Notes under the pieces: generated by a model
Database searches by the model: none
The model's input: the letters and a program-made list of their open reading frames with translations, nothing else
Told to the model about the DNA's origin: nothing
Translations under genes and position numbers: made by a program
Shown: positions 47,509 to 58,264 of the stretch, in pieces
Layout of the letters: each line of letters opens with the position of its first letter
How positions within the stretch are numbered: the first letter of the stretch is position 1
Origin: Candidatus Latescibacterota bacterium
GTDB taxonomy: Bacteria > Latescibacterota > UBA2968 > GCA-2709665
Length of the DNA: 64,000 bases
Assembly (NCBI GenBank): GCA_965219455.1
Contig: OZ244744.1
Location: forward strand, 3,680,001 to 3,744,000
Reading direction: 5' to 3'

Positions 47509-49327
47509 AAAAGTTCGGGTAGAAGAGATGCCGATTGTCGATGATTTCCGCTTGTTCTTTGAGATCGCTGAACCAGGCCGCCAGGACTTCGTTCTGTTTT
47601 TCCGCCCGCAGGCGCTGAACCAGCTTTGGCGCTTCCGACTTGAATTCGACTTCGTCAATCGGCTCTTTTTCCAACAACTGCAGTACGAATGCGCCCCGGT
47701 CCGTGGTGACCACGTCGCTGGTTGTTCCCTGTGTAAGGCGGAAGGCGGCGCCGGTAAATGCGTTTCTGCGGCCAACGCCCTGTACGAAGTCGTCTCGGTT
47801 GAATGGTTTGGACTCGGCGAAGCGAATATTGCGATTGCGTGCCGCGTCTTGAAGGCTTTTTCCCGACCGGACGTCTGTGAGCAAGGGGGCAACACGCGCA
47901 GATGCAATGTTGACTTTTTCCATTGTCTTGAGTTTGGTCGTAACGCGATCGTAGACCTCGTCCATTGGTTGTGGGCCGGCTTCGCGCTTGGCCAAAAGGG
48001 CAAAGACATAGATGCCCTTTTCGGTTTCGTAAGTTTGTGACACCTTACCAGGAGAAGCGTTGAGGAAGGCATTGACCAGCCCGGACGTCCGATTGCCCAA
48101 CACGGGGAAGAAGCCGCCGGCGGTGATAAAATCGGTGTCTTTAGCCTGCAGGGCCTGGTCGGCCACCGCCGTCAGGAAATCCGATTCTACCGCGCGCTCC
48201 TGGAAGCGTTCGGCTTCGAGACGGAGGCTGTCCAGCGTGTCCCTTCCCGGCCGGATATTCAGCAGGATGTGCCGGGCGCGGACCTGCAGCCCGTCTCCCT
48301 CGCCTTTGCGTTCTTCGACCTTGAGAATATGCCATCCGAACTGGGTCCGCACGGGCTCTGAGATCTCACCCGGGTCGAGAGAAAAGGCCGCGTCCTCAAA
48401 GGGCTTGACCATCCTTCCGCGCCCGAAGAACCCCAGATCTCCACCCCGCTTCGCACTGCCGGGATCATCCGAATTGTTTTCGGCCAGCACGGCGAAGTCC
48501 CTGCCGGCGCGGATCTCCGCGAGCAGGTCGCGGACTTCGGCTTCGGCACTGGCTTCATCGGCCACGGAAGGTTTCTTTTCGAAGGCGACAAAGGAAGCAT
48601 TGACGGCCGCGTCCCGGTGAAATTCGTCCGGGTGGCCGTCGTAATAGGCCCGAATCCGGTCGTCCGAAACGGAAACCATCGAGTCGCCGATCGAATACGC
48701 CTCGATCACGGCGTAGGCAACGCGGGCTTTCTCATTCTGCCGTACGTATGCTTCCCGGACCTCCGCCGACGTGACCCTCACCCCGCCGGCGACCATTTCC
48801 TGCAGCTTGCTGATAAGCACGGCCTGTCGGACGGCATATTCGGCGCTGAGTACGAACTGCTTTCTTTCGGGGCTTGCGTACGTGCCGGGATCGTCCAGAA
48901 ACCTGCCATATTTCTCGGGATCGAAATTGCCATCGGTCTGAAAGACTTCCTGGCTCCGCACCCATTCAACGGGCTGATTCCGGTTTATAAAGTTGACCTC
49001 CGTATCGGAGACCGCGATATCGTGTTCTTCAATCTGCTGGGCGTACAGGATCTGGGCGACCATCTGGTCCCAGATCTGGCGGATGAGCTGGCTCTCCTCC
49101 GGTTCGGCATTGTTTCGGGCTTTGGCCTGGCGTGAGGCGTCACGGAGGGCTTCGACGAATTGCTGGTGGCTGATCTCCTGACCGTTGATTACACCCACGG
49201 TGTCTCCTGGCCCGGCGCAGGTCATTCCGCCGGCGCCCCAGTCGAAAACCATCAGCGCCACAAAGGAAATAGCCACGATCCACATCATGGCTTTGATCAG
49301 GACCACATTGCGCAGGCTGTTGAGCAT
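47507..49327 (-). CDS. ppiD: PpiD/SurA-like membrane-anchored parvulin peptidyl-prolyl isomerase
   Basis: N-terminal TM segment, [10 protein letters not shown] SurA_N region, [30 protein letters not shown]...[13 protein letters not shown] rotamase motif. Confidence 0.9.
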   Translation of the reverse strand: MLNSLRNVVLIKAMMWIVAISFVALMVFDWGAGGMTCAGPGDTVGVINGQEISHQQFVEALRDASRQAKARNNAEPEESQLIRQIWDQMVAQILYAQQIEEHDIAVSDTEVNFINRNQPVEWVRSQEVFQTDGNFDPEKYGRFLDDPGTYASPERKQFVLSAEYAVRQAVLISKLQEMVAGGVRVTSAEVREAYVRQNEKARVAYAVIEAYSIGDSMVSVSDDRIRAYYDGHPDEFHRDAAVNASFVAFEKKPSVADEASAEAEVRDLLAEIRAGRDFAVLAENNSDDPGSAKRGGDLGFFGRGRMVKPFEDAAFSLDPGEISEPVRTQFGWHILKVEERKGEGDGLQVRARHILLNIRPGRDTLDSLRLEAERFQERAVESDFLTAVADQALQAKDTDFITAGGFFPVLGNRTSGLVNAFLNASPGKVSQTYETEKGIYVFALLAKREAGPQPMDEVYDRVTTKLKTMEKVNIASARVAPLLTDVRSGKSLQDAARNRNIRFAESKPFNRDDFVQGVGRRNAFTGAAFRLTQGTTSDVVTTDRGAFVLQLLEKEPIDEVEFKSEAPKLVQRLRAEKQNEVLAAWFSDLKEQAEIIDNRHLFYPNF

Positions 49328-49516
49328 GGGATGAGCACCCTCCGGTGGATGGAAAGTAGGCAGTCGTTACGGGCGCCGGCCGTCCTGGGCCATTGGCCGG
49401 ATGTGAAAATCCCGCCCTGGATTTTTTCAAATAACTACATAACGACACATTAAATTATAGGAAGGCGGGTTTGCAAGCAAGTATTTTTTGTCTGGTGGGA
49501 AAAAGCCGGTGCGTGC

Positions 49517-49545
49517 TTGACCCCGGGGGACAAAATACCTATACT
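49517..49545 (+). promoter_or_regulatory. Sigma70-type promoter for the M23 gene
   Basis: TTGACC-17 nt-TATACT; a divergent TATAAT on the - strand at 49454-49459 could serve ppiD. Confidence 0.7.
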
Positions 49546-49607
49546 GAATCGCATCTGATCCGGAAGAAAAAACTGTTCACATCGTCGGCCGGGGAGGTCT
49601 GACAATC

Positions 49608-51887
49608 ATGCGCGCGATCATGTTGATATGGTTTCTTTGCGTTATGGATTCCGGCATCGCGGTAGCCGGGGATTACCATTGGCCAATGGCGGCGCCTCCC
49701 GCGCTTAACTCTTCCTTTGGAGAATACCGGCCGCGGCGTTTCCACGCGGGGCTGGATCTCAAGACGTGGGGGAAGGAAGGTTACCCGGTGCTGGCGGTGG
49801 ACGACGGGTACGTCTGGCGCGTGCGGACCTCGCCCTGGGGATATGGGAAGGTGGTCTACATCAGGCTGCAAGACGGCCGAACGGCGGTCTATGCGCATCT
49901 CTCCGGGTTTGCGCCCGCGGTTCAGTCCGTTGTCGAGGCGGAACAGGCACGACGGGGATATTATAGCGTCAATCTTTTCTTTAAGCCAAACCAGATTCAG
50001 GTTGAACGCGGGCAGACAGTCGGATTTTCCGGCAGTACCGGCAGTGGCGTGCCGCATCTGCATTTTGAGATTCGCGACAGAAATCAGCGGCCGATCAACG
50101 GGCTGCTTCACGGATTCGAGGTGAAGGATACCGTTGCGCCCACCATACAGTCCCTGGCTCTGATCCCGATGAACGCGGAATCGCGGGTTTCGGATGGGGT
50201 GGATCCCGTGACGTTGGCCGTGCAATGGCGACCAAAGCAGAAGCGCTACGTTGCACGGAGCGTGCCGATGATCGCCGGGCGCATCGGCGTGAGTGTCAAA
50301 ACGTACGACCAGGCCGATGCCACCGTGCTCAGCAACCGGCTCGCTCCGTACCGTTTGAGGCTGTTCGTCAACGATCGGGAAGTTTTCGAGACCCAATATA
50401 CAATCTTCGGGTACGACCAGGTCAACCAGGTCGAACTGGATCGCAATTTCGTTCTGAAAAGACGAGGCGCCGGCATCTATCACAACTTATACCGGTCTGC
50501 CGGAAATCAGCTTCCAATGTACGGGAAGTATAAGGTGGGAGACGGTGTCCTGCACGCGGGGATTCCGCCCTCGGATCGTGGCGTGGGTCTGGACCCCGGC
50601 AGGAATCGCATCCGGGTGGTGGTTGAAGACGTGGCCGGCAACCGATCCCGCGCGGATTTCGAAGTCATCGTCAATGCCGTTCCTCGCGTACTGGACGCCC
50701 GCGCGGAATTGAATGGTCGGTCGGTACGGGTCCAGGCGAGGGTACGGGACGAGAATTTACAAAGTGTTGTTGTGGAACGGTCTCTGAACGGCGGCCGATC
50801 CTGGCGTGTCGTACGCGGCGTCGACGTCGATGCGTCCGGCCGGGTTGACGTGGAATTCACCGAAACACCCAATGCCGTCTACAGGGTGCGAGGCCGGGAC
50901 CGATTTGAGTCGGAGAGCTTTCAGATCTGTGCGCCTCTTCCGGCGTCGGAGAGCGAAACCCGGGGAGACCTGCTGGCATGCACCGTGCGTTACTATCCGG
51001 ACTTCGCCGTATTGAAGATGGTTTCCAAACGCCTGCTGTCGACGGCGCCGCGGGTGACCATGCGTTGGCCCACCAATAGCGAAACGACGCCGGAGGTTTT
51101 TCAGCGGAGCCTGTACCGATACGAGACCGTGGTACGCTTCGATCCGGCCGTGGACGGTGAGGTCGGGGCAGTCCTGTCCGCGGTCGATCTGAAGGGCAAG
51201 ACGGGACGCCGGGAGGTTCGCCTGGTGCAGACGCCGGTGCGCCGGTCGGGCGGGGTCGTGCGTTCGTCGGACGGCATGGCGGAGGCCCGCTTCGACGCCA
51301 ACGAAGTCTACCGGCCATTCTTCGCCCGAATCGCGCCCACGCCCGGCAAAGGGGCGAAACGTCTGGCGCTGGTTGGATCGCGTTACCGGTTTACGCCGGA
51401 GGATGTGCCGTTCCGTCGCAAGGCCGAAATCTTCCTCCGATACCCGGCGGACTTCAGCCGGCCGGAGCGATTGGGCATCTATCGGTTAACCAAGGCGGGA
51501 ACCTGGGTATTTGTGGGCAACCGCGCCGCTCCCGGGCGCCTCGCCGTGGCTGCGGATGTCCCGAGTTTTTCCACCTATGCGCTGTTGTTGGACGAGACCC
51601 CTCCCCGGGTGAGAATTCTGCGTCCGGAGTCCGGCGCGAAGGTTGCAGAGAGACGGCTGGTACTTGTCGCCAGGATTAGCGATTGGGGTTCTGGCATCCG
51701 TCGAGAGCAGGATATTCTCGTGCGGCTGGACGGAAAACGGTTGATCGCCGAATACGACCCCGACGCGGGCCAGGTGAACGCCCGGCCCAGGCAGCCGCTC
51801 CCGGCCGGAAGCCACACGTTGGAAGTAACGGTGACGGATGCCTGCGGCAACCGGGCCCGGGCGGCGCGTGCGTTCACGGTACGATAA
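49608..51887 (+). CDS. M23 family metallopeptidase with C-terminal beta-rich/Ig-like domains
   Basis: SSFGEYRPRRFHAGLD, VYAHLS, PHLHFEIRD; signal peptide. Confidence 0.9.
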   Translation: MRAIMLIWFLCVMDSGIAVAGDYHWPMAAPPALNSSFGEYRPRRFHAGLDLKTWGKEGYPVLAVDDGYVWRVRTSPWGYGKVVYIRLQDGRTAVYAHLSGFAPAVQSVVEAEQARRGYYSVNLFFKPNQIQVERGQTVGFSGSTGSGVPHLHFEIRDRNQRPINGLLHGFEVKDTVAPTIQSLALIPMNAESRVSDGVDPVTLAVQWRPKQKRYVARSVPMIAGRIGVSVKTYDQADATVLSNRLAPYRLRLFVNDREVFETQYTIFGYDQVNQVELDRNFVLKRRGAGIYHNLYRSAGNQLPMYGKYKVGDGVLHAGIPPSDRGVGLDPGRNRIRVVVEDVAGNRSRADFEVIVNAVPRVLDARAELNGRSVRVQARVRDENLQSVVVERSLNGGRSWRVVRGVDVDASGRVDVEFTETPNAVYRVRGRDRFESESFQICAPLPASESETRGDLLACTVRYYPDFAVLKMVSKRLLSTAPRVTMRWPTNSETTPEVFQRSLYRYETVVRFDPAVDGEVGAVLSAVDLKGKTGRREVRLVQTPVRRSGGVVRSSDGMAEARFDANEVYRPFFARIAPTPGKGAKRLALVGSRYRFTPEDVPFRRKAEIFLRYPADFSRPERLGIYRLTKAGTWVFVGNRAAPGRLAVAADVPSFSTYALLLDETPPRVRILRPESGAKVAERRLVLVARISDWGSGIRREQDILVRLDGKRLIAEYDPDAGQVNARPRQPLPAGSHTLEVTVTDACGNRARAARAFTVR

Positions 51888-51930
51888 GCGATCGTCGCCC
51901 ATCGGGAGCGTGTAGGGTCGACGGCCGGTC

Positions 51931-51982
51931 GGCAAGCTCCTTTGGGCAAGCTCGCTTAGACACGCCGTTTCGACAAGCTCAA
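51931..51982. repeat. Degenerate (TTCG)ACAAGCTC REP-like repeats
   Basis: ggcaagctc twice and ttcgacaagctcaa in the intergenic space. Confidence 0.45.
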
Positions 51983-52101
51983 CGCAAGCAGCGAAGGCAA
52001 CGCGGGGAACGAACGCAACGCAGCCAGACGGGCGGAGGAACGGTGACGAATTCAGGGGGCGGGACACTGGAAGTGAATTTCAAACACGAGTTGAAACAGG
52101 G

Positions 52102-52782
52102 ATGATTCTCCCAATTAAAGATGACAATCCGACACGCCGCGCCCCGGTGTTGACGGTGGGCATCCTGCTGCTGAACGTGGGCGTTTTTTTATATTCCATT
52201 GCCCTGGGATCCATCGGATTCGACGTATTTACGCTGCGGATGGGTCTGATTCCCTTTGAAGTCACCCATGGCGTGGATGCCATATCGCCAACGCCGATCC
52301 CGCTCTATCTCACGTTCTTGACGGCGATGTTCATGCACGGTGGGTGGATGCATCTGGGCGGAAACATGCTCTATCTCTGGATTTTCGGGAAAAACGTCGA
52401 AGATACGCTGGGGCGGTTGCGATTCCTGCTGTTCTACGTTTTCTGTGGCGTGGCGGCTGCGCTCGGCCATGTTCTCTCGGATCCTGACTCGACAATACCC
52501 ATGGTGGGCGCCAGTGGAGCGATTGCAGGCATCCTCGGGGCCTATATGGCCCGCTTTCCGGGCGCCCGGGTGCATGTTTTCGTTTTTCTGCTGTTCTTTA
52601 TCCAGATCGTGCGTGTGCCCGCGTTGCTGGTTCTGGGCGTCTGGTTTATCATCCAGCTGGTGAACGCGTCGGCCGATTCGGGCGGCGTGGGCGGTGGCGT
52701 GGCGTGGTATGCTCACATCGGCGGGTTTATTGCGGGTTACGTCGTGATGCGCCGGCACAGTCGTCGATTCAGTCGAGTCTAG
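52102..52782 (+). CDS. Rhomboid family intramembrane serine protease
   Basis: MFMHGGWMHLGGNML, VGASGAIAG (catalytic Ser), AHIGGF (catalytic His). Confidence 0.95.
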   Translation: MILPIKDDNPTRRAPVLTVGILLLNVGVFLYSIALGSIGFDVFTLRMGLIPFEVTHGVDAISPTPIPLYLTFLTAMFMHGGWMHLGGNMLYLWIFGKNVEDTLGRLRFLLFYVFCGVAAALGHVLSDPDSTIPMVGASGAIAGILGAYMARFPGARVHVFVFLLFFIQIVRVPALLVLGVWFIIQLVNASADSGGVGGGVAWYAHIGGFIAGYVVMRRHSRRFSRV

Positions 52783-52794
52783 CGTCCTGTCCGT

Positions 52795-55248
52795 CTATTT
52801 GCCCGGCGCGTCGGCCCCCGTTTCCGTTTCGGAAGGGGTCTTCAGGGACCGAATATCCGAACGAAGGCGCTTTCGTTCTTCCTCGTGGGGAGTGATGCGA
52901 ATCAGTTCTTCGAGGCAGAGGATGGCGCTGTCTCTTTTTCCTGCGCGGAGAAAGCTGACCGCAAGCTGCCGGTAACTGTCGTGCATCAGCGAGTACCATA
53001 CCTCCTGTCCGACGGATTCCGGAGAGATGGTACTCTCCGCAACCCGGATGATTCGAAGGGCTTCGGACGGACGTTCCTGGAGATGCAACGCACGCACCAG
53101 GCCTTCGAAGATAACCAGGTAATTGCTGATGAGGCGCTGGGCCACCGGGTCCTTGTAAATGGTACTGTCCGAGATTCCCGAATAGCGATAGTTTTCAAGC
53201 AGATGCCGGGAGGTCAATCCGGCGTCGAATTGTCCGGGTGCGTGCTGCCTGACGAGACGGTACACCATGCCTTCCATTGAGAGATAGGACCGAAGGCCGC
53301 CCATGTTGCGTTCGGGAACGGTAACCGCGAAATAAATGGGGCGCTGCCAGTTGATTTCCTGGACGAGGTACCAGATCATATAGGTGTGAGATTCCAGAAT
53401 GGTCACACGCCGGTTACCCACCGGTATATCGGTGACGGGGATGTCTTCGGCCTTGACGACAATGCTACCGCCGGCAAGGGGAATGTCGGTATCATTCGTC
53501 CAGCGTCGGGCGACAACGTCGGAGTCAATTCGTGCGTCCGTCATGGGAATGGGGAGTCTGGGATCCAGGTCGCGCAGTTGTTTGACGTACCATGGGGTCT
53601 TAAGCAGGCTGAGGTTGACCACCCGGACATCCCGGCGGAAGCCCTTGACGTATTGGAGAAACCACAACGGATAGGTGTCGTTGTCTCCGTTGGTAAAGAG
53701 GATGGCGTCGGGCTCGCAGGAACTTAGAATGTTCCACGCGTAGTCGTGCGCGATCAGGTCACCGCTGCGGTCTCGTTCGTGGTAGTTGTGATGCAGGAGA
53801 CCTAATGGCACGCATAGGCACAGGGCCGCGGCGAGGGCGGCCGCGGGAACCGCGGTTTGACCGCGGGCAACCGCGCTGATGAGCGCCGCCGCGCCGTTGC
53901 CGATCCATAGGCCGAATAACGTATAGGCGCCGAGAAAGATGTATTCCCGTTCGCGGGGTTCCGGATCCGGCATGTTCAGGTATAAGACCAGTCCCAGTCC
54001 CATCAGCAGAAACATGGCGAAGATGCTGGCAAAGCGCTTCCAGTCTCTGCGGAAGTGACTGACCGCTCCACCGATACCCAGGAGAATGGGAACAACTGAA
54101 TACGCGATGGTTTCCCGGCTGTCGCCCATTGTGGACACCGCCCTGCGGAACGTCCCGGACAGCATCGCGCCAACGGAAAAACGTTCCGTGAACGCAGGCA
54201 GTGTTTCCGAGAAGAAGCGGCCGACAAGCCCCTGATCGTAAAACGGGAATTGCTGTAGGAAATATTTGACGTGGATGTTGAACTGAAAGTCCCAGAAATC
54301 ACCCCGGCGGGGAAAAATGGAATGGACGCCGTATTGCTGGCGGGTCAGGAAGGCTTTGAAATTTTCGAGGGTCTCGGGATTGTTCATATCCACGAAGGGA
54401 TCCAGGCCCGAGCGGATGTAAAGCATGACGTACGTGGAATATCCGAGGACGATCATCCCCGCGGCGCAAAGCCAGAAAGCCGGATGACGCCAGGCCGGAC
54501 GCAGTATCAGGAGTCCTGCAAGTACGGCCAGTACCAGGACGACGGTGACCGATAAAGGAGAGATGATGCACAGAAAGGGAAATACCGTAAGCCCGATTAC
54601 GACGGTTGCCTGTACGGAAGTGGAGCGATCCCTGAGCAGGTCGGAGAAGACCAGGATGAGGATTCCGGGCACGGTGAGCAGGCACTGCAGATGCACGCCG
54701 GCGCCCAGAAAGAACAGGTAGACGATGAATATGAGCAGGCGGTCGCGATATCTGTCCTCGGGTGCGCCGTCCCAGCGCAGGGCAAGGTAGAACGCCAGGA
54801 CGGTGAATAGCATGGACAGCGCGTAGACTTCGGCCTCGGTGGCATTTGCCCAGAAGGAGGTGGAGAACGCCGCGGAAAGGGCGGCAACCGCGCCGCCGGT
54901 CAGGATGGCGATGCGGTCGGAAATACGGCCGGGCCTGAGCCAGCGGGTGAGCAGGCGAACGCTGCAGAGGTAGAGCAGGAGGGCCGTGGTGGCGCCCGCA
55001 ATAACCGAAATCAGGTTCACGCTGAAGGCGACGTTATCGGGAGTCGCGAAAAGCGTGAAAATACGGCCCAGCAGGGTATGAAAAGGCGCGCCGGGAGGAT
55101 GGGGAACGCCGAGGATGTACGAGGCGGCGATGAATTCGCCGGTGTCCCAGAAGGTGACCGTGGGCGCAACGGTTCGGATGTAGACGAAGCACGTGATCAG
55201 AAAAACCAGAGTGCCGATGAGCCGGTTCTGTTCCCGGAAGGTCCTCAT
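52795..55248 (-). CDS. DUF2723 (GT117/TMEM260-like) membrane glycosyltransferase
   Basis: APTVTFWDTGEFI, VPHPPGAP, FWANATEAEVY, PEPREREY, ILFTNGDNDTYPLW, VRVVNLSLL. Confidence 0.92.
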   Translation of the reverse strand: MRTFREQNRLIGTLVFLITCFVYIRTVAPTVTFWDTGEFIAASYILGVPHPPGAPFHTLLGRIFTLFATPDNVAFSVNLISVIAGATTALLLYLCSVRLLTRWLRPGRISDRIAILTGGAVAALSAAFSTSFWANATEAEVYALSMLFTVLAFYLALRWDGAPEDRYRDRLLIFIVYLFFLGAGVHLQCLLTVPGILILVFSDLLRDRSTSVQATVVIGLTVFPFLCIISPLSVTVVLVLAVLAGLLILRPAWRHPAFWLCAAGMIVLGYSTYVMLYIRSGLDPFVDMNNPETLENFKAFLTRQQYGVHSIFPRRGDFWDFQFNIHVKYFLQQFPFYDQGLVGRFFSETLPAFTERFSVGAMLSGTFRRAVSTMGDSRETIAYSVVPILLGIGGAVSHFRRDWKRFASIFAMFLLMGLGLVLYLNMPDPEPREREYIFLGAYTLFGLWIGNGAAALISAVARGQTAVPAAALAAALCLCVPLGLLHHNYHERDRSGDLIAHDYAWNILSSCEPDAILFTNGDNDTYPLWFLQYVKGFRRDVRVVNLSLLKTPWYVKQLRDLDPRLPIPMTDARIDSDVVARRWTNDTDIPLAGGSIVVKAEDIPVTDIPVGNRRVTILESHTYMIWYLVQEINWQRPIYFAVTVPERNMGGLRSYLSMEGMVYRLVRQHAPGQFDAGLTSRHLLENYRYSGISDSTIYKDPVAQRLISNYLVIFEGLVRALHLQERPSEALRIIRVAESTISPESVGQEVWYSLMHDSYRQLAVSFLRAGKRDSAILCLEELIRITPHEEERKRLRSDIRSLKTPSETETGADAPGK

Positions 55249-55336
55249 GGATGCCTCAGGCTATGTGGATCGGAGGAGATTCGGGGGCGACAATACCGGC
55301 TCTTCGGTGATACCGAATGACGACCCATGGCGGTGA

Positions 55337-55588
55337 TCACTCTTCCGGCAGTTCTTCGGGACCGTAAATGCGGATGGATTCGTACTGCTTTTCGTAGACT
55401 GCGTAGTAGAGGTAACTGTCCTTAACAATCCAGGCGCTGTTGCCCGCGCCGGTGATGGCGACAGGGGGGGCTGCACCCTCACTCTGGGCGTGGGCCGTGC
55501 CCGGGGACCAGAGCGGCCGGATCAGGTTGGCAATCAGCAGGAACGCGACAACAACCAGCAGCGACTTTATCGATTTACTGTTCGACAT
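55337..55588 (-). CDS. Small exported hypothetical protein
   Basis: MSNSKSIKSLLVVVAFLLIANL...TAHA-Q signal-like N-terminus; SD aaagga. Confidence 0.7.
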   Translation of the reverse strand: MSNSKSIKSLLVVVAFLLIANLIRPLWSPGTAHAQSEGAAPPVAITGAGNSAWIVKDSYLYYAVYEKQYESIRIYGPEELPEE

Positions 55589-55715
55589 GGGTCTGAATCC
55601 TTTCGGTGAATGAGGTTGTTGAACGGTTTGTAGAGCGTCACAGGGTTTCCAAATGTATATGTTTTGCGTGGTTCCGTCAAGCGCCGGCGGGCGGGACCGT
55701 CTCATCCGCCCGAAC

Positions 55716-55753
55716 AAAAAAGGCCACAGCCATCGGGGTACGCTGGCTGTGGC
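55716..55753 (-). terminator. Intrinsic terminator of the sigma factor gene
   Basis: 10-bp stem gccacagcca / tggctgtggc with an A6 run on the + strand, just downstream of the stop. Confidence 0.85.
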
Positions 55754-55771
55754 TCTGTCGGGATGGCGCTT

Positions 55772-56629
55772 TCAGTGAAGATATGCCTTGAGGGGGCGGC
55801 TTCTGGAGTTGTGACGTAGTCTGTGAATGGCTTTTTCCTTGATCTGGCGTACCCGCTCGCGGGTCAATCCGAAACGTTCGCCGATTTCCTCCAGGGTGAG
55901 CGGGTGCTCCCGGTTGATGCCAAAGTAAAGGCTGATCACTTCGGCTTCCCGGGGGGTGAGGGTTGCCAGCGCTTTTTCCACTTCACGGTGAAGCGAATCG
56001 TCAATGAGCGATTCATCGGGCGGCGGTTGCAACTGATCTTCGAGAATATCCAGCAAACTGTTGTCTTCGCTTTCGCTGAACGGGGCGTCAAGCGAAAGGT
56101 GCCGGCTGGAGATTTTGAGCGTATCCATCACCTCATAGTCGCTCATTTCAAGTTCGTCGGCAATTTCACTGGGGCTGGGCTCTCGTCCGTATTCCTGCTC
56201 CAGCCCGCTGGATGCTTTGCCGATTTTGTGCAGGGCGCCCACCCTGTTCAGGGGCAACCGTACAATTCTGGATTGCTCGGCAAGGGCCTGGAGAATGGCC
56301 TGCCTGATCCACCAGACGGCATAGGAAATAAACTTGAAGCCCTTTGTTTCGTCAAAGCGTTTGGCTGCTTTTATCAGGCCCAGATTTCCCTCGTTGATCA
56401 GGTCTCCCATTGAGAGACCCTGGTTCTGGTATTGCTTGGCCACGCTGACAACAAATCTCAGATTGGCTTTGGTCAATTTTTCGAGGGCATCCTGGTCGCC
56501 CTTCTTGATTCTTTTAGCGAGGGCGACTTCTTCGTCTGCCGTGAGAAGATCTACTTCGCCGATCTCTTGAAGGTACTGATCTAAGGATTCATCTTCGCGC
56601 GCGTAGGGCCTTTTGGCTAGCTTAGACAC
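55772..56629 (-). CDS. rpoD: Primary-type sigma70 factor, short FCB form lacking region 1.1
   Basis: [67 protein letters not shown]; GTG start. Confidence 0.95.
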   Translation of the reverse strand: MSKLAKRPYAREDESLDQYLQEIGEVDLLTADEEVALAKRIKKGDQDALEKLTKANLRFVVSVAKQYQNQGLSMGDLINEGNLGLIKAAKRFDETKGFKFISYAVWWIRQAILQALAEQSRIVRLPLNRVGALHKIGKASSGLEQEYGREPSPSEIADELEMSDYEVMDTLKISSRHLSLDAPFSESEDNSLLDILEDQLQPPPDESLIDDSLHREVEKALATLTPREAEVISLYFGINREHPLTLEEIGERFGLTRERVRQIKEKAIHRLRHNSRSRPLKAYLH

Positions 56630-56862
56630 TCGTCAGCCTTTCTTTGCACCGGGGAGGTCGGTTCAGTTGGCCGGGGTTTCGGAGCCGGACTGTGAGCCGA
56701 GAAATCAGTTCGGGAGAAGCGCCTGAGTTTCTCGAAGGGGATTAAGACTGTCGTAGTGAACCTTGCTGATCATGATGTGGATACCGAAGACAGGAGTGGG
56801 CTACATAAGATCGGCCTCCTTTCAGACGATCGGATGAACTTCAGCAGATGACTGAAGAGGAA

Positions 56863-58245
56863 TCAATGTCCCGGTCGGAGGGCAACGAATCGCGTGTTGC
56901 CATCGTCCTTTTTCAAGATCAGGAAGAGGCCGGGCCTGACGGCTCCCTTGAGCCTTTCAACCATCTTGCGATAGTCTCGGACGCTTGAGACGGCAACACC
57001 GTCGATTTCAAGGATCGCATCGCCGCGTTCGATTTCTTTTTTTTCCGCCGGACTTCCGGGCGCGACGTAATGTACCACAACGCCGGGTCCGGTTCTGGAC
57101 GCCTGAAGGCGGCCGCTTTCCCAATCTGAGCGATTCTTGACCTCAAGCCCGGGCCAATTTGTACTGTTGGATCGGAATCCGTCCGGAGGACGAGGCCGCG
57201 TCTGCCGCCGGCCGAGTGCGCAGGAGATCTTTAAAGGTTTCCCGGCACGAAGGATGGAAAACGCAACGGATTCCCCTGGACGGTATGTTGTAATCCTGTT
57301 CAGAAAATCTTCGGCATCGATGACGGCCTCGGCGTCGAGCGTCCAGATGATGTCCCCCCTCTCAAGGCCGCCCCTCTCCGCCGGGCTGTCTGCCTGAACT
57401 TCCCCGATCAGTATGCCCGAAGCTGAGTCCAGTTCAAGCGCGTCGGCAAGATCGGGCGTGAGATCCTGGGGATGGATTCCCAGATATCCACGGACAACCT
57501 CGCCGTGTTGGCGCAGTTGCGCCGCGACCCTTCCGGCTACGTCGATTGGAATGGCGAACCCGATGCCGGATCCTGCGGGATTGTACGCGGTGTTTACGCC
57601 CACAACCCGCCCGGCGCTATTCACCAGGGGACCGCCGCTGTTGCCGGGATTGATGGACGCGTCCGTCTGCAAAAAATCCTGAATCGGCGGCGCCGGAATA
57701 TCGCCCTGGATTCGTTTCAGTTGACGTCCCTTGGCGCTGATTACACCGACGCTGACGGTATGATGAAAGCCAAAAGGACTGCCGACGGCCATCACCCAGT
57801 CGCCGATATGTACTGAATCGGATGTGCCCAGACGGGCAATACGCGTACGATCGATCGGTGTTTCTGAAAGCAGCCGTATAAGCGCCAGGTCGGTGTCGGG
57901 ATCCTGTCCGACAATTTCGGCGGCATATTCCGTGCCGTCGGAAAAACCGACTTGAATACCTATGGCACCCTCTATGACGTGGTTGCTGGTCAGGATATGT
58001 CCGGTGGCGTCGAGGACAAAGCCGGATCCGTAACGCAACGCCGAAGGGCCCTGGCGCAGCCCTGTACGGGAGATCTCCCTGCCGTAAGCACTGTTGGCGG
58101 AGATGCTGACAACCACGGGCCGTACGAGTCTGGCAACATCGGCAAATGACCGATCGGGACTGGCAGTCCAGGCTGTCTGGACGCGCAACAGGAAAAGGAC
58201 TGCGCAGAAGACAGCCTGGCGAACCCGATTCGGTTGGGATGTCAT
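56863..58245 (-). CDS. degP: HtrA/DegP family serine protease with two PDZ domains
   Basis: GSGFV, LTSNHVI, DTDLAL, QTDASINPGNSGGPL, two SPAE..G PDZ motifs; signal peptide. Confidence 0.93.
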   Translation of the reverse strand: MTSQPNRVRQAVFCAVLFLLRVQTAWTASPDRSFADVARLVRPVVVSISANSAYGREISRTGLRQGPSALRYGSGFVLDATGHILTSNHVIEGAIGIQVGFSDGTEYAAEIVGQDPDTDLALIRLLSETPIDRTRIARLGTSDSVHIGDWVMAVGSPFGFHHTVSVGVISAKGRQLKRIQGDIPAPPIQDFLQTDASINPGNSGGPLVNSAGRVVGVNTAYNPAGSGIGFAIPIDVAGRVAAQLRQHGEVVRGYLGIHPQDLTPDLADALELDSASGILIGEVQADSPAERGGLERGDIIWTLDAEAVIDAEDFLNRITTYRPGESVAFSILRAGKPLKISCALGRRQTRPRPPDGFRSNSTNWPGLEVKNRSDWESGRLQASRTGPGVVVHYVAPGSPAEKKEIERGDAILEIDGVAVSSVRDYRKMVERLKGAVRPGLFLILKKDDGNTRFVALRPGH

Positions 58246-58264
58246 GCCGATAAGGCCGATGAGG

